Shown here: in pieces, positions 1-10,040 of the stretch | Position numbering within the stretch: the first letter of the stretch is position 1 | Layout: every line of letters begins with the position of its first letter | Assembly (NCBI GenBank): GCA_016220095.1 | Contig: JACRIJ010000048.1 | Span: forward strand, 5,296-69,295 | Direction: 5' to 3' | Source: Planctomycetota bacterium | GTDB lineage: Bacteria > Planctomycetota > MHYJ01 > JACQXL01 > JACRIJ01 | Length of the DNA stretch: 64,000 nucleotides | The notes under the pieces: model-generated | The model's database searches: none | What the model was told of the DNA's origin: nothing | What the model saw: only the letters and a program-made list of their open reading frames with translations | Program-made: the position numbers and the translations under genes

Positions 1-1217
1 CGTATTCGTATAGGAGGCACTATGATGCCGAGTTCCAGCGCCGCCTGTCGGCGTATCATAGCCACGCGGTCAAGGAGGTCGCCGCCGTGCGCCGGGTCAA
101 CTAATTTGATAAGGCTGTAGCCGATTTCAAGTTCCATGGGATCCACGTACAAAAGGCTTTCAACCTTTTCCGGTTTGCGCATGGCGGATTCCTTTTCTTT
201 CTGCGCGACCTGCGATCTTTCAACCTCAAGAGACCTGTGTTTATTAATATTCCACGCCACGATGAAGATGACTATGATAACGGCAAAAAGCGGTATTTTG
301 GGGAGCGGGGTTAAGACGAGCACCAGCAGGAATCCGCCCGCGACATAGAGAGCGCGGGGATTGGAAAAAAGCTGGCCTATAAGGTCTTTACCGAGGTTGG
401 ATTCCGCCGTTGTCCTTGTTACTATAAGGCCGGCGGATATGGATATGATAAGGGCCGGTATCTGGGAAACCAGTCCGTCGCCGATGGTCAATTTAGTAAA
501 AGTCAAAAGCGCTTCATTTATGCTCATATTATAAGATACCACGCCGAGGATTATGCCCATTACGATGTTGACTATTGTTATAATGATGCCCGCGATGGCG
601 TCGCCGCGCACAAACTTTGTCGCGCCGTCCATGGCGCCGTAGAAATCCGCTTCATGGGATATCTGGGCGCGGCGTTCCCTTGCCTCGGCTTCTTTTATAA
701 TGCCCGCGTTAAGGTCCGCGTCAATGCTCATCTGTTTGCCTGGCATGGCGTCCAAGGTGAAGCGCGCGGCGACTTCCGAGATCCTGTTCGCGCCTTTTGT
801 GATGACGACGAATTGCACGATGACGATAACAACAAAGAGGACAAATCCGATAAAGGGCTGGTCGCCTGCGACAAAAGTCCCGAAGGTCTCTATGACCTTG
901 CCGGCCGCGGCAGTTCCGTGAGTAGGCGCGTTCACAAGGATAAGGCGGGTGGAGGCTATATTCAGTGCCAACCTGAAAAAAGTGGTTACCAACAGCAGGG
1001 ACGGAAACACGGAAAATTGCAGGGGTTCCCTTACGTATATTGTGGTAAGCAATACGATTACAGAAACGGATATGCTTATTACCAGCAGGAAATCCATTAC
1101 GATGGTATTCATCGGGATGAAAATGGTGAATATCATCATAATGATAAGCAACACGAGAAGCATATCCGTGTTCTTAAGCAGTAGGCTTAAAGCAGGCGAT
1201 TTTGTGTTAGCAGGCAT
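1..1217 (-). CDS. flhA: Flagellar export apparatus protein FlhA, N-terminal ~405 aa. The gene continues past the left edge of the window.
   Basis: My own translation of the minus strand starting at the ATG (rc of 1215-1217) gives MPANTKSPALSLLLKNTDMLLVLLIIMMIF...FRLALNIASTRLIL...GDAIAGIIITIVNIVMGI...VDPMELEIGYSLI. These are hallmark FlhA motifs. It sits immediately downstream of flhB. It is not in the ORF track because it runs off the edge. Confidence 0.85.
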   Translation of the reverse strand, partial: MPANTKSPALSLLLKNTDMLLVLLIIMMIFTIFIPMNTIVMDFLLVISISVSVIVLLTTIYVREPLQFSVFPSLLLVTTFFRLALNIASTRLILVNAPTHGTAAAGKVIETFGTFVAGDQPFIGFVLFVVIVIVQFVVITKGANRISEVAARFTLDAMPGKQMSIDADLNAGIIKEAEARERRAQISHEADFYGAMDGATKFVRGDAIAGIIITIVNIVMGIILGVVSYNMSINEALLTFTKLTIGDGLVSQIPALIISISAGLIVTRTTAESNLGKDLIGQLFSNPRALYVAGGFLLVLVLTPLPKIPLFAVIIVIFIVAWNINKHRSLEVERSQVAQKEKESAMRKPEKVESLLYVDPMELEIGYSLIKLVDPAHGGDLLDRVAMIRRQAALELGIIVPPIRI

Positions 1218-1287
1218 CTTTTAGAATTAAAAATTAACAACAGGGTGAACACACAGGTTCACCTCTACACCGTAACTCCTAAACTCA

Positions 1288-2358
1288 TTATGCCGGGATG
1301 CGTTTTTTGGCCTTATAGACCATGCTGAGGACTTCCGCGATTACCTTGTAAAATTCCTCAGGTATAGGCATTCCGACGTCCAGGAACTTATAAAGCGTTT
1401 GAGCCAGCAGGGGGTCGCGTTGTATAGTCACGTTATTAGCTATTGCGATTTCGCGTATGCGTTTAGCCACCTCGCCCGCGCCTTTAGCGACGCATACGGG
1501 CGCGCGGTCTTTACCGGCGTCGTATTTCAGAGCTATGGCGAGTTCGGTCGGATTGGTTATGACGACTGCGGCCTTCGGCACTGCGGCCATCATTCTCTGC
1601 AAGGCGATATGGCGGTGGATGGACCTGCGGCGTTCTCTTGTCCTGGGGTCGCCTTCAAACCGTTTCAATTCCTCTTTTATTTCCTGTTTTGACATACGCA
1701 GGTCTTTTTCATACTGCCATCTCTGGTAACCATAATCAAACAATGCCAGGATTATAAGCGCGATAGAAACCCGGAATCCCATTTTTATGCACACTTCGGC
1801 TATGAAAAAAACGATATCTTTGACATCCATTTCCGGCAGGGCGAGAATCATTTCCTTTTCGTTCATTATTGTGACATAAAGCAATGCCGCGATGACGCCC
1901 ACCTTAAAAAGGCTTCCCAACAGGCGCACAAACGCCCGCAGGGAAAAGACCCTTTGTATGCCGGACACGATGTTTAATTTGTCAAGATTCGGCTCAAGCG
2001 GCGTCAGGGTGAAGATAAATCCTATTTGCAGTATATTTGCCGCTATTGCCGCTATGAGCACTACGACAACAAAAGGAAGCAGGGCCGCTGAGACGTACAA
2101 GAGGCCCGTTTGCGCGTATTCGGTAACGCTGTCCACGGACACTTCCGCTTTATGAAGATTTCCGAAAATATTTCTGCTGAGTTCAAAAATGCGCCCGATC
2201 ATCTCGTTTCCCAGGAAATACAATCCCATGAATGCCGCAAGCAGTATTATGGCGGTGCAAAGGTCCTGGCTCCGGGCGACGTGGCCGCGGTCCTTTGCCT
2301 CCTGCCTGCGGTGCGCGGTCGCCTGCTCAGTTTTTTCTTCAAACCTTTCGTCCGGCAA
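1288..2358 (-). CDS. flhB: Flagellar export apparatus protein FlhB
   Basis: 356 aa with four TM segments followed by a cytoplasmic domain carrying the NPTE-like autocleavage site (VVITNPTELAIAL). Its position after fliR is canonical. Confidence 0.9.
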   Translation of the reverse strand: MPDERFEEKTEQATAHRRQEAKDRGHVARSQDLCTAIILLAAFMGLYFLGNEMIGRIFELSRNIFGNLHKAEVSVDSVTEYAQTGLLYVSAALLPFVVVVLIAAIAANILQIGFIFTLTPLEPNLDKLNIVSGIQRVFSLRAFVRLLGSLFKVGVIAALLYVTIMNEKEMILALPEMDVKDIVFFIAEVCIKMGFRVSIALIILALFDYGYQRWQYEKDLRMSKQEIKEELKRFEGDPRTRERRRSIHRHIALQRMMAAVPKAAVVITNPTELAIALKYDAGKDRAPVCVAKGAGEVAKRIREIAIANNVTIQRDPLLAQTLYKFLDVGMPIPEEFYKVIAEVLSMVYKAKKRIPA

Positions 2359-2373
2359 GGAAATCCTCCTGTG

Positions 2374-3153
2374 TTATTTCATAAGAACAATCAGCCCGTC
2401 AACCGCCTTAAACCATTGGGAAATCATTGACGGGAAGATATATCTGAAAATCGGATCAAGCACCATTATCATTATGGCGAAACCTACTATAAGCCGCAAC
2501 GCGAATCCCATTATGAAAATATTCATTTCCGGCACCGTGCGCGCGAGAAATCCCATTGCTATGGTCGTAATAAGCAGGGCCACCACGATAGGCGCGCTGA
2601 GTTTGACGGACAGTATGAGCATCTGCACGAACATGGTGTCCGAGATCTGCAACGCGAGTTTATCGGTGAATACGAATCCCATGAGCGGGATGTCCTTGAA
2701 GCTGTGCACGACCGTCGCGATAATCAGGTAGTGGCCGTTGAGCAGTATGAACACAATCAATCCGAGGAAAAACTCAAATTGCCCCATGATGGTTACCTGT
2801 TCCGTTGACACGGGGTCAATTACGTTAGCCATGCCTATGCCCATTTCCTGGTCAACAAAATGTCCAGCAAGCTGTACGGCTGAGAAGAGCATTGTAGCGG
2901 CGAATCCTATCAGCAGTCCTATGGAAAGTTCTGAGAGCACCGCCATGGCGACAAGACCGAGGCTTCCCGGCATCACGAGTGCCGATTTATCAACTACCGG
3001 CGCTACTATGAACGCGAGTATCATGGATAGCCCTATTTGCACCTGCGCGGGTATGTTGCGGCTTCCGAGAAACGGGGCTATGAGCATGATCCCGCTTATG
3101 CGGAAGAGTATCAGCAGGTAAGCGAGTATGTTTATCTGGACAAGGTCTAACAT
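2374..3153 (-). CDS. fliR: Flagellar export apparatus protein FliR
   Basis: 259 aa polytopic membrane protein lying between fliQ and flhB. Confidence 0.85.
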   Translation of the reverse strand: MLDLVQINILAYLLILFRISGIMLIAPFLGSRNIPAQVQIGLSMILAFIVAPVVDKSALVMPGSLGLVAMAVLSELSIGLLIGFAATMLFSAVQLAGHFVDQEMGIGMANVIDPVSTEQVTIMGQFEFFLGLIVFILLNGHYLIIATVVHSFKDIPLMGFVFTDKLALQISDTMFVQMLILSVKLSAPIVVALLITTIAMGFLARTVPEMNIFIMGFALRLIVGFAIMIMVLDPIFRYIFPSMISQWFKAVDGLIVLMK

Positions 3154-3419
3154 TAATGCAGTTTAATCATCTCCAATATGACCCGCTCCGTATAATCCAC
3201 AAGGACGGTAATCAGCCATGGGGCCATGACGTAGAGCGTGGCGACGACGGCTATAATTTTCGGGATGAATGTAAGCGTTTGTTCCTGTATCTGCGTCGCG
3301 GCCTGGATTATGCTTATAAGGACGCCTACGACAAGGCCGACTGCAAGCAAAGGCAGCGACAATTGCATCGTTATTACAAGGGCCTCCCGGCCCATTCTTA
3401 CGGCTTCTTCAAGATCCAT
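3153..3419 (-). CDS. fliQ: Flagellar export apparatus protein FliQ
   Basis: 88 aa with two TM helices. Gene order is fliP-fliQ-fliR. Confidence 0.85.
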   Translation of the reverse strand: MDLEEAVRMGREALVITMQLSLPLLAVGLVVGVLISIIQAATQIQEQTLTFIPKIIAVVATLYVMAPWLITVLVDYTERVILEMIKLH

Positions 3420-3458
3420 AGATTTTCTCCGGAAAAATGACTTTAAAGAGCGTTTTCG

Positions 3459-4232
3459 TTACGTTTGGAAACTCTGTACGAGCGCCCCGATTATAAGGTG
3501 CCATCCGTCAACAAGTATAAAGAGCAGTATTTTAAACGGCAGTGAAATCAAAATAGGCGGCAGGACGAGCATGCCCATGGATATGAGTATGGACGCGACG
3601 ACGAGGTCCACGACGATAAACGGCAGGAATATGGCGAATCCCATTATGAACGCCCTGCGCAATTCGCTTATGACAAATGCCGGCACGAGGATTTCAGACG
3701 GAATATCCTTGCGTTTGACATCCTTGGGGAATGTCTTGGACGTGCCGGTGATATTTGCGAAAAGCATGATGTCTTTTACGCGCGTCTGGCCGAACATGAA
3801 TTCCCTTAAAGGTTCCATGGCCTTGTTGAACGCGGCCTTCTGCGTTATAGTCCTGTCCATGTAAGGCACGAGGGCGTTGTCCTTGATTTTGGTGAGCGTG
3901 GGCATCATTATCATAATGGTAAGGATGAGCGACAGCCCTATTATTATCTGGTTGGGCGGCAATTCCTGCGTTGACAACGCGCGTCTTACGAATGACAATA
4001 CGATGACGATTCTTATGAACGAGGTCATCATGACCAGGATTGCGGGCGCGAAGGTCAGGATAAGGAGCAACAGGATGATTTCAAGTGTCGTAGCGACATC
4101 ATCAGGATTGTTTGACCTTTCGAGCCCCTTTATGGTAGGCAGGCCTTGCGCATAGGCGGAATGTTCTGCGGAAATGCTGAAAAAAAGCAGGAGGACAACC
4201 CCTGCAAGCAGAATGGTCTTGTACTTTTTCAT
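3459..4232 (-). CDS. fliP: Flagellar export apparatus protein FliP
   Basis: 257 aa with a signal peptide and a conserved FliP core (FIRIVIVLSFVRRALSTQELPPNQIIIGLSLILTIMIMMPT). Confidence 0.9.
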   Translation of the reverse strand: MKKYKTILLAGVVLLLFFSISAEHSAYAQGLPTIKGLERSNNPDDVATTLEIILLLLILTFAPAILVMMTSFIRIVIVLSFVRRALSTQELPPNQIIIGLSLILTIMIMMPTLTKIKDNALVPYMDRTITQKAAFNKAMEPLREFMFGQTRVKDIMLFANITGTSKTFPKDVKRKDIPSEILVPAFVISELRRAFIMGFAIFLPFIVVDLVVASILISMGMLVLPPILISLPFKILLFILVDGWHLIIGALVQSFQT

Positions 4233-4281
4233 ATAACCTCTCTCCGATGATATTTATATATATTCTATGCCAGTTCTCCGT

Positions 4282-4929
4282 TTACGTGGCATTCCATTTT
4301 TTCATGGTCTCTTTTATTTCGTCCAGCTGTCCCTGCAGTTTCTTATAGGACTCACTGCGCGCGGCGTCTTTATCGTAGGATTCCAGGTCGTTAGCGGCTT
4401 CATTAAGCGCCTTATTGAAATCCGCCTGGCTGGAATCCGGTTTGGACGCGCCGCACTGTATCTTCAGGAGCGCGACCTGGTGCGGGTCGGTGATTTCACT
4501 GAGCGTTTTCAGGCCGGTTTTCGTGACTCCGACAATAAGGATCCTGTTGCCTATCAGCACGAGGTTGATTGAATTAACGGAATCAACCGGCCTCCTTGCT
4601 ATTATCTGTATGGCATCCGAAGCGAAGAGCCGTTTTGAGCCCGGCAGGAACCTTTTAATGCCGTAGAACGCGAGGAAAATCATTCCTATGACAAGCGCCG
4701 TATAGAGTAAAAACTTGAAGAAGTTCGGCGTATAATCAGAGGCGCGCGGTTTTGCCCCGGCCGTGTCGGTATCCGTTACGGGCAGGAGTTCAGACGCGGG
4801 CACGTCTTTGTCCGCGGCAGTGTCAACGGCTTTTTCTTTGCCGGCATCCGTCTGGGCGTAAGACGCCGTCGGCAGGCAGGCCGCGACCGTTGCAAATATT
4901 ACGAATAATTTCAGCAGAAAACATTTCAT
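4282..4929 (-). CDS. fliO: FliO/FliZ-family flagellar biosynthesis protein
   Basis: 215 aa with one TM segment. It lies between fliN and fliP. It carries the FliO-like segment LVLIGNRILIVGVT. Confidence 0.6.
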   Translation of the reverse strand: MKCFLLKLFVIFATVAACLPTASYAQTDAGKEKAVDTAADKDVPASELLPVTDTDTAGAKPRASDYTPNFFKFLLYTALVIGMIFLAFYGIKRFLPGSKRLFASDAIQIIARRPVDSVNSINLVLIGNRILIVGVTKTGLKTLSEITDPHQVALLKIQCGASKPDSSQADFNKALNEAANDLESYDKDAARSESYKKLQGQLDEIKETMKKWNAT

Positions 4930-5450
4930 TTTACTTTGTCCTTTTTAGGAATTATTTCAGTAACCCTGATACAGAAAGTGTCGTCGCCGAGGACGAGTAT
5001 TTCGCCTTTTGCGACAAGCTGTTCATTGACGAAGATATCCAGCGGGTCGCCCGCGAGTTTGTCAAGTTCCACGACCGAGCCTTTGGACAGTCCGAGTATA
5101 TCCTTTACGCGCATCCTGCATTTGCCGAGTTCTATTTTGACGTTCAGCGCGACGTTCATAAGCATGTCTATATTAGCCTGGGATTTGGCTTCGGAAGTTT
5201 CCGGGAACTGGTCAAGGTTGAACGGCGCGTAAGACATCTTGGCGGCGGGCTGTGCGGACGTAATGGACGGCGCTGAAGGAGCGGCTGTTTCGGCGAACTT
5301 GAGCAATTCGTCAACATTCGCGTCCGTCACCGGCTGGGACTTGCCCGGGACATCGGACTCTATGCCGAGTTCCTTCAGGATTTTATCAATCTGGTCATTG
5401 TCAATATTGTCGGGTTGTTTGCTGTTTTCCGGCATTTTAGTGCACCTCAA
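4926..5450 (-). CDS. fliN: Flagellar motor switch protein FliN/FliY C-terminal domain protein
   Basis: 174 aa. The C-terminal SpoA-type domain reads VELDKLAGDPLDIFVNEQLVAKGEILVLGDDTFCIRVTEI. The true start may be the internal Met (MPENSK). Confidence 0.8.
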   Translation of the reverse strand: MRCTKMPENSKQPDNIDNDQIDKILKELGIESDVPGKSQPVTDANVDELLKFAETAAPSAPSITSAQPAAKMSYAPFNLDQFPETSEAKSQANIDMLMNVALNVKIELGKCRMRVKDILGLSKGSVVELDKLAGDPLDIFVNEQLVAKGEILVLGDDTFCIRVTEIIPKKDKVK

Positions 5451-5471
5451 AAAATTAATTTACGTCATTTA

Positions 5472-6026
5472 CTATGGCGGCGAGTATGTCGTGAAGATTA
5501 CGCTTTTAATTCTGCCTTTTCCTCCCACCAGGTTTTCAATTTTTTCTTTGATTTTTATTTTAAGTTCGTCCTCTTCTTCCGGCATTCTTGCGTTCATATA
5601 ACTCAGTTTTGTCATTTCCGTGCGTATGCGGTCTATGATCTTGGGTTCCCAGGTTTTTATCAGGTTTTTGGTATCCGCTTTCAAGACCGGGTCGCCGTCA
5701 AGTTCAAATACCGGCACTATCCGGAACGAGCCGGAGGTCCTTCCCTCCGAACCTATCTGGAGTATGGCCTGGATTTCCGGAAGGGTCACGAAGTCCGGCT
5801 GTTCGGCGTTTGTTTTCTCAACCGGTTCTTCAGGGGTGTTCTGCACGAAGTAGTGAAAAAGCATGTAAAGCACTATTCCTTCGGCGATGATAATGGCGAA
5901 TACGAACAGCAGTCCCGTGGTGCTGAACATGTGCTGTTTCGGCGCGGCCGCGCCGGCAGGAGGCGCCTGTTCCGGGCGTTCCGGCCTATCGGTTGACGCG
6001 AAAGACTGTTTGTCAATAGGACTCAT
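5472..6026 (-). CDS. fliL: Flagellar basal-body-associated protein FliL
   Basis: 184 aa with one N-terminal TM segment. It sits between motB and fliN, the usual place for fliL. Confidence 0.7.
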   Translation of the reverse strand: MSPIDKQSFASTDRPERPEQAPPAGAAAPKQHMFSTTGLLFVFAIIIAEGIVLYMLFHYFVQNTPEEPVEKTNAEQPDFVTLPEIQAILQIGSEGRTSGSFRIVPVFELDGDPVLKADTKNLIKTWEPKIIDRIRTEMTKLSYMNARMPEEEDELKIKIKEKIENLVGGKGRIKSVIFTTYSPP

Positions 6027-6047
6027 ATAAAAACCTCATACAAAAAA

Positions 6048-6752
6048 TTAATGCGAAGGCCGTACCAATTCCTCGGATACGATTATTTCAACGCGCCGGT
6101 TTTTATGGCGTTGTTTCAGGTCAAGCTGGAATACCAGCGGGTCGTTGTTTCCGCAGGCGGTCACGCGGATCCGTTTGGGGTCGATTTTTGTTTTTTCTTT
6201 CTGGTTTATCAGATAGTCGGCGGCGTTTTTGGCCCTGTTGTAAGACAGCAGGCTGTGGTCGCCGTTTACGGAATCCTCGGCATTAGCCGCGGTAAATCCG
6301 CGGATTTCAATGACATTCGGGTAATCGCGGAAAAACTGTTCCGCCATGGAATCAAGGATAGCCTTGAAATCATCGGACAATTCGGCGCTTCCCTCTTCAA
6401 ATTCACTGACGCCTTCGGTCGTTATTTTCAGGCCTTCGTGGACCCTGGTTACAAGCAGGTTCATTCCTTCAATGGGGCCGGGGTATTTCGCGCCTACGGT
6501 ATAAAGTTCGGGTATTTTTTCCGTGAAAATAGTGCTTGCGAGGGCGTTGTTTTCGGATTCTATCGGCGCCGGCGGCAGTCCTTTGCCGAACGTTTCCATT
6601 GCCTGCCGGAGCACGGCCGCCTTGGTCACGTCATATTTCATCATTGCGAACATGAGAACGAACATGCACAGCAATTGCTGAGTGAGGTCGGCATAGGACA
6701 GTATCCATGCCGGAGCTCCTTCTTCAGCTTCTTCTTTTGCGCTTCTGGGCAT
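6048..6752 (-). CDS. motB: Flagellar motor stator protein MotB
   Basis: 234 aa. It has an N-terminal TM segment with a plug region and an OmpA-like C-terminal domain (NRRVEIIV). It follows motA. Confidence 0.85.
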   Translation of the reverse strand: MPRSAKEEAEEGAPAWILSYADLTQQLLCMFVLMFAMMKYDVTKAAVLRQAMETFGKGLPPAPIESENNALASTIFTEKIPELYTVGAKYPGPIEGMNLLVTRVHEGLKITTEGVSEFEEGSAELSDDFKAILDSMAEQFFRDYPNVIEIRGFTAANAEDSVNGDHSLLSYNRAKNAADYLINQKEKTKIDPKRIRVTACGNNDPLVFQLDLKQRHKNRRVEIIVSEELVRPSH

Positions 6753-6774
6753 AAAAGACCTCTTAAAATAATTC

Positions 6775-7590
6775 CTATTTTTTCAATAATTCCCTGAGGC
6801 GCGGTTCAAGGAATATGCGGAGTTTTTGTTCCACCACGCGCGGGTTGTCGCCGGATTGTATGGACATAATTCCTTTTATTATCATTTCTTTTATAAGAGC
6901 TTCTTCTTTTGAGCGTTCTTCAAGTTTAAGGAACAGCGGCCTGCAAATGATATATGTAGCCACGACGCCGTATAAAGTGGTTAAGAGCGCGATTGACATA
7001 TTCCTGGCAATGCCCGTCGGGTCGGTGGTATTGGCGAGCATGGCTATTAATCCTATAAGGGTGCCGAGCATGCCGAAAGACGGCGCGTAAATGGAAAACG
7101 CCTCTATTATCTTTTTGCCTTTCCTGTGGCGGTCAAGCATATTGTCAAGCTCGGTGTTAAGCATCTGCTGGATGACTTCGGGATCGGTGCCGTCAACCGC
7201 GAGCTGGAGGCCCCTGACGAGGAATTCATTATTCTTAATCTGTTCGGTTACGCCTTCCAGTGCGAGGATGCCGTCGCGTCTCGCGATATCGGCATATTTT
7301 GAAAGCTCTTTAATGATGTTTACAGGGTTGTCGTGTTTAATGATGAACGCCTGTTTGACAATTCCCGGCAGGCGCGAGAGTTCAGGCCACGTGAATTGCG
7401 ATACGGTGGCCAATATAGCGCCGCCGAATGTAATCATCATTGAAGGCAGATCAATGAACATCAGAAGGCTGCTGCTGAACTGCAGGGAAGCCAGGAGCAT
7501 AATCATGCCCACGGCCATTCCGATTATGGTTGTAAAATCCAACAAATCAGTAAAACTCCTAACTGCAAAAACACCTTCGCGGACGCGCAC
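6775..7590 (-). CDS. motA: Flagellar motor stator protein MotA
   Basis: 271 aa with four TM segments. The MotA/TolQ/ExbB signature (FGMLGTLIGLIAMLAN) is present. Confidence 0.9.
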   Translation of the reverse strand: MRVREGVFAVRSFTDLLDFTTIIGMAVGMIMLLASLQFSSSLLMFIDLPSMMITFGGAILATVSQFTWPELSRLPGIVKQAFIIKHDNPVNIIKELSKYADIARRDGILALEGVTEQIKNNEFLVRGLQLAVDGTDPEVIQQMLNTELDNMLDRHRKGKKIIEAFSIYAPSFGMLGTLIGLIAMLANTTDPTGIARNMSIALLTTLYGVVATYIICRPLFLKLEERSKEEALIKEMIIKGIMSIQSGDNPRVVEQKLRIFLEPRLRELLKK

Positions 7591-7628
7591 CGCAGTGCGT
7601 TTCCGCGAAAAGAATGTTCACTCCGGAA

Positions 7629-7847
7629 TCAGCCATTCAGGCACCTGATAGAACGGTTAAATTCTATCACGCGCTTGATGACATCGTCAACGGATTCCTT
7701 GACCACGATTTTTTCGTGGTTAACAAGGGTGATGACGGTATCCGGTGTTTCTTCAAGGAACTGGATAAGTTCCGCGTTGATCACAAATTTTTTTCCGTTT
7801 AGCCTTGTAACTTTAATCATTGTTTTACATTTTAACATTAGGGGCAA
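7629..7847 (-). CDS. flbD: Flagellar protein FlbD
   Basis: 72 aa (MIKVTRLNGKKFVINAELIQFLEETPDTVITL...). It lies between flgE and motA, as in the Bacillus and spirochete fla operons. Confidence 0.8.
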   Translation of the reverse strand: MPLMLKCKTMIKVTRLNGKKFVINAELIQFLEETPDTVITLVNHEKIVVKESVDDVIKRVIEFNRSIRCLNG

Positions 7848-7886
7848 GGCAAATCAAGAATTACCTTGCCCCCAAAGTATGTTTTT

Positions 7887-9944
7887 TTAGACTATATTTA
7901 CCAGATCCTGAAGCATCTCATTGGCGACGCTTATAGTGCGGGCGTTAGCCTGGAATGCGCGCTGGCTTACTATAAGGTTGGTGAATTCCTTGGCGATGTC
8001 AACGTTGGATTCTTCCAGGTATCCACTGCGGATCAATCCCCTTGCGAAAGTGCCCGGGGTGCCGACGTTTGCCAGGCCAGAATTCGTGCCTGCCGCGTAG
8101 AGGTTGTTTCCGAGGGATTCAAGGCCGTTGTTATTGGCGAATCTCGCGAGGGCGACCTGTCCAAGGGTTTTTGTCAGGCCGTTCGTGAAGAATCCCGTAA
8201 TCAGGCCGTTTGTTGAGACCGAGAAATCGGAAAGCGTGCCCTGTTCGTAGCCGTCCTGGTTGACCATTGCCACTTCAGAAGTCTGGTTGGCAAAGCCGGT
8301 AACCTTTGAGAAATCGGTTGATACGAGAAGCGGCGAATTCGCGCCCGTGTCCGCCAGGTTTAAGCTTACTGCCGCGCCGGGATTGGACGATTGGAACTGG
8401 CCGTTGGGGTCAAACTGCACCTCGCCGGTTCCCGCAAGGCGCGTGAAATCGGAATTATCCGTGGTTTCCGCGAACCATTTGAAGGTATTTCCGTTGGTGT
8501 TTTTGCTCTGGAGGACGTAGGTCATTTCAACCGTGTGCCCGTTTCCGAGTGAATCAAAAACAGTTACATTGGAAATAATACTTTCGCCTGTCGCGGCTTT
8601 TACTTGGTTGAACGTAGTCAACTGCTGGTCTGCCGCGGTGAGCTCAATATTGCTCAGCGCGTTGGCCAGGCCTGCGTTGCCTGCAATGCGTATTACGCCT
8701 GCGGCCGAATCTGGGTCGTCTTGCGCGCCGGGTATTACGGCGGCGTTGCCCGTGCCGATGGCGGTAAATGCCTTTTCATTGAATTCAAAGTACGTAAGAT
8801 CCGTAGGTAAAGGCATTGTGGGGTCAAGCGGGCTGGAGAAGGTTATGTCGGTATCGCCGACAATTGCGGGCAATCCGTAAGGGCTCGTAGGAGACAGCAG
8901 TGTCGCTACGCGCGCGATTAATCCCGCGCTGTCGCCCGAGGTAAACCTTACATAATCGCCTACGCGCACTCCCTGTGCCCAGAGGTCTCTGCCTTTAAGG
9001 GTCATGCCGTTGGCCGTGACGGTGTCGTCTGTGCCCGCGCCGTCCATATCAAGAGTTCCGGTGGTAATCTGTCCTGAATAGGTGTCATTGCCGGAATCGT
9101 TGACCCCGAGCGCCTTATTGATAAAATCAAGAAGGTCTCCGACGGTCGTACCGGAATCATCGTTTCCTGTTGCGGGCGGCAGGTTGCTGATTTCAAATTT
9201 ATACACCGGCAGTGAGCGGTTGCCTTTGTCAGCGGAGATTTCTATGATATCGCCTGCTGAAAGGCTGAAGTCAATGGCGCCGCCTGATTTGCCGAGGTCG
9301 GTCAGGAGCGTATTGGCTGTAGCGGCCGAGGCGGAGTTCAAATCCCAGAACGCTTCGGATTCCAATACCGAACCGCTGTTGGCTATTTCGCCCGCGCCGT
9401 TGAGGTTGCCGTCAAGATAAACATTGTCGGTTTCCTGCGCTATCCTGAGGTCGCCTACCGGTATTTCTACGTTGGACACAGGCCCGCCTGTGGTAACTGC
9501 GAAAGTATCAAAGTCTGCCATCCAGCCCTGCACGATAAAGCCGTTGGTCGGGCTGTGGAGGTAGTTTGCCGGGTTAAGCGAGAAACTCCCGTCTCTCGTA
9601 TAGACCGGACTGCCATTTTCATCAAGCATCACGAAGAAACCGTCGCCTTCAATGGCGAGGTCTCCCGGGTTGCCTGTTGCTTTCAGGTTGCCCTGTGTGA
9701 AATTTTTTGACGTATCGGCTATCTGGACGCCTAATCCGAGTTGTTTCGGATCAATGCCTCCGAGGAAACCCTGCGGCGCCGTGCCAAACGACATTGTCTG
9801 GCTTAGCACCGTCTGGAAAGTGGCCCTGCCGGACTTGAATCCGGTGGTGTCCACGTTTGCAAGGTTGTCGCCTATGATGTCAATCCTTGCCTGTTGCGCG
9901 GCTAATCCTGATATAGCCGAGTTTAAAGCCCTGATAAGAGCCAT
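7887..9944 (-). CDS. flgE: Flagellar hook protein FlgE
   Basis: 685 aa. The N-terminus is the flagellar rod/hook type (ALNSAISGLAAQQARIDIIGDNLANVDTTGFK) and the C-terminus is conserved (VDIAKEFTNLIVSQRAFQANARTI). Confidence 0.9.
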   Translation of the reverse strand: MALIRALNSAISGLAAQQARIDIIGDNLANVDTTGFKSGRATFQTVLSQTMSFGTAPQGFLGGIDPKQLGLGVQIADTSKNFTQGNLKATGNPGDLAIEGDGFFVMLDENGSPVYTRDGSFSLNPANYLHSPTNGFIVQGWMADFDTFAVTTGGPVSNVEIPVGDLRIAQETDNVYLDGNLNGAGEIANSGSVLESEAFWDLNSASAATANTLLTDLGKSGGAIDFSLSAGDIIEISADKGNRSLPVYKFEISNLPPATGNDDSGTTVGDLLDFINKALGVNDSGNDTYSGQITTGTLDMDGAGTDDTVTANGMTLKGRDLWAQGVRVGDYVRFTSGDSAGLIARVATLLSPTSPYGLPAIVGDTDITFSSPLDPTMPLPTDLTYFEFNEKAFTAIGTGNAAVIPGAQDDPDSAAGVIRIAGNAGLANALSNIELTAADQQLTTFNQVKAATGESIISNVTVFDSLGNGHTVEMTYVLQSKNTNGNTFKWFAETTDNSDFTRLAGTGEVQFDPNGQFQSSNPGAAVSLNLADTGANSPLLVSTDFSKVTGFANQTSEVAMVNQDGYEQGTLSDFSVSTNGLITGFFTNGLTKTLGQVALARFANNNGLESLGNNLYAAGTNSGLANVGTPGTFARGLIRSGYLEESNVDIAKEFTNLIVSQRAFQANARTISVANEMLQDLVNIV

Positions 9945-10040
9945 AAACGTCTCCTTTCTATACAGGCCTTTCGGCCCGGCAGAAGCGCTGCCGGTCCGGG
10001 ACCCTCCTGTTTTAAAACAGGGCCGGGTTTTTTTAAGGGC

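Noticed and set aside
654-1184. Plus-strand ORFs (654-1184, 700-921, 949-1224) at the left end
   Set aside because: They are antisense shadows of flhA, which I translated on the minus strand with unmistakable FlhA motifs.
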